This document shows positions 62,414 through 64,000 of a stretch of DNA of 64,000 nucleotides, piece by piece. The DNA lies in contig MCFE01000139.1 of assembly GCA_002104905.1 (NCBI GenBank), positions 1-64,000 on the forward strand, written 5' to 3'. Source of the stretch: Basidiobolus meristosporus CBS 931.73 (lineage: Eukaryota; Fungi; Basidiobolomycota). Positions within the stretch are counted from its first letter, which is position 1, and every line of letters starts with the position of its first letter. A program made the translations under genes and the position numbers. The notes below the pieces were generated by a model. It made no database searches. It was given only the letters and a program-made list of their open reading frames with translations, and had not been told where the DNA came from.

Positions 62414-63685
62414 ATGGTCCCCATACCAAGCCTCAACTCATCTTTAGTACAACCCAGACAAAACCCATCCCCCAGCTCACAAGCGCGGTCCGGACCGGAA
62501 AAGTCGAAGTTGGATCTGTTTGAGTTCTTGCCAAATGATTTTAGTATGGCCCAAGTGTCTATGATGAGCCTTCATGCAGATATTTGGGCACTACTGATTA
62601 ATCTAGCAGAACTAGATACCTCAGAGAGTCAACAAAGATGGAAGAATTTGAGTAGAAAGCTGTGGCATGAGTTCTACATCAAGATGCCAGCCAATGTATG
62701 TAAAAAGATATATAACAAGACAAGTATTGAAATCAAGAATGAGCTGAGAGTGAGTGGATTTGACGAGGAAGCCGCGCGGGAACGATTTTGCGCGCAATTT
62801 GCACAGTACGGGCCGGACGCGTCCGTTTGTGCCTCAACTTTGGGAACCAAAGAGATTTTGAATGAGTTTTTGCCTCAAATGACTAATGTACTACGTGATA
62901 TATTAGTAGAGCTAAGTGGCTTCCGAGAACAATATACACAGGACTCATCCAGGCAACAGCTCCAAAGTATCAGACAGAGGGTAGGTGAATACCTTGAGGA
63001 ATCAGATGGTGAGCTTCAGGAGGAAGAATACAGACCGCGAGCAACATTGTCCAGATCGCGCCAGCACACCTCGCTGGATTCCCTACCATCTCTTGCAACC
63101 ACAGTGCGCCAGCGCACGTCAGTCCAGACCACGCCAACACCCTTTACCAGAACGCCCCGCGTCGAGTCAACGCGCATTGAGTCAACGCGCAATGGGTCAA
63201 CGTGCACGCTTCAGAGCAAAACTACCAGAACTTGCCAAACTGCTCATTTAGACACAAGTCCATTGGAGCAGACCAAGTTGCATCAACATGAGGCATCACA
63301 TTGAACTCAGCCAAGGGCCATCTCAACACGTCAAGGCGCGCCTGCGCGTGCCGTTTCGCCTGACCATCAGCGAGTTACTTCTGGTGAACTGACTGATGAT
63401 GACCAACATGAAGTGACTCAACCACCGGAGCCCTTGGCAAGTAAAAGAACGCGTCAGCGCGTGGCACTACAGGCCGGTTCAGTTGGTTCAGTTGGTTCAG
63501 TCGGAGCGATTCAGCACGGCCAAGCTGCAGCATCGCACTCATCAACTAGGAGGCAAAATACTGACTACGAATACACAAGTAGCCAAGATGATAGTCAGCC
63601 AGGAAGTAGTATAGGTGTGCAAAGTGAGTCACTACCAAATGCTTCAGTAGTAATCCCTGTGAGAAAAAAACCCAGGAGAAGATGA
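62414..63685 (+). pseudogene. Putative transposon accessory protein (possible Myb/SANT-like N-terminal domain), 423 codons with one in-frame TGA
   Basis: ORF 62414-63304 continues in frame past TGA 63302-63304 to 63685 and ends RKKPRRR (NLS-like). Helical segment QRWKNLSRKLWHEFYIKMPANVCKKIY, then a low-complexity Ser/Thr/Arg tail. The Myb/SANT call is weak. Confidence 0.5.
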
Positions 63686-64000
63686 TGCAATTGCTTTGAA
63701 TTGCTCACATTTGTAATGATCCCGACAACCCTTTTTTTTTGCGATCCAAATCAAGCCATCGCAAATCAGTGATCATCAAATTTTTGATATAAGTAATATC
63801 AAGGTCATCTCACATTTGAGACAGAACCCCTATAAATAAACACCCTGCATATATATACGTCATCTGTAATACCAGTGCAGCTATTGGATCTGTTTTGCAC
63901 CTACACGATTGCTTGCGTGCTAGCTATGACACCTTGCCCAATCACTAGGATCAGGGATTTACTTGCTCAATGGGCAAAATGGGATATTTGATGGCAAATC

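Larger units (their letters stand above)
59913..64000. mobile_element. Two-ORF PIF/Harbinger/ISL2EU-related DNA transposon; right end presumably outside the window
   Basis: Left TIR TA|GACTTGTTCC matches the first 10 bp of the MITE TIR. Subterminal GTGCC/GGCAC repeats at about 59925-60000; a transposase and a divergent second ORF. No GGAACAAGTC was seen downstream within the window. Confidence 0.65.

Noticed and set aside
60710-63304. Selenocysteine or programmed readthrough at the two in-frame TGAs
   Set aside because: No SECIS-like structure was seen and neither protein is a redox enzyme. CGA deamination explains both more simply.
63160-63505. 15-bp x3 (VESTR-like) and 9-bp x3 (GSV) microrepeats
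   Set aside because: Ordinary slippage repeats in a low-complexity coding tail.

Overview
Fungal genomic DNA: short 54-75 nt GT-AG introns with CTAAC-type branch points, fungal-type genes. An early-diverging lineage (Mucoromycota/Zoopagomycota-like) is my inference only. The window has two compartments. (1) 1-38.9 kb is gene-bearing with normal CpG. It holds an old yellow enzyme, a secreted bacterial-type M13 metallopeptidase, a thaumatin-like protein, a 5-exon TLDc/Oxr1 gene, three paralogous FlbC-like C2H2 transcription factors, a 6-exon Nudix hydrolase, a CFEM-like GPI protein and a prodomain-less S53 sedolisin. A small repeat island lies at about 5-7.4 kb. (2) About 38.9-62.1 kb is a nested, strongly CpG-depleted transposon block. 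It holds an intact 5.9-kb Ty3/Gypsy chromovirus with a self-priming PBS and a -1 frameshift signal, a decayed Copia and related LTRs, a CACTA-like fragment, and three complete solo LTRs plus a fragment of a family whose 4-bp target duplications centre on CpG. It also holds a 209-bp MITE and its putative two-ORF PIF/Harbinger-related parent, which runs off the right edge. No rRNA, tRNA or CRISPR features were found. All alignments and counts were done by eye.
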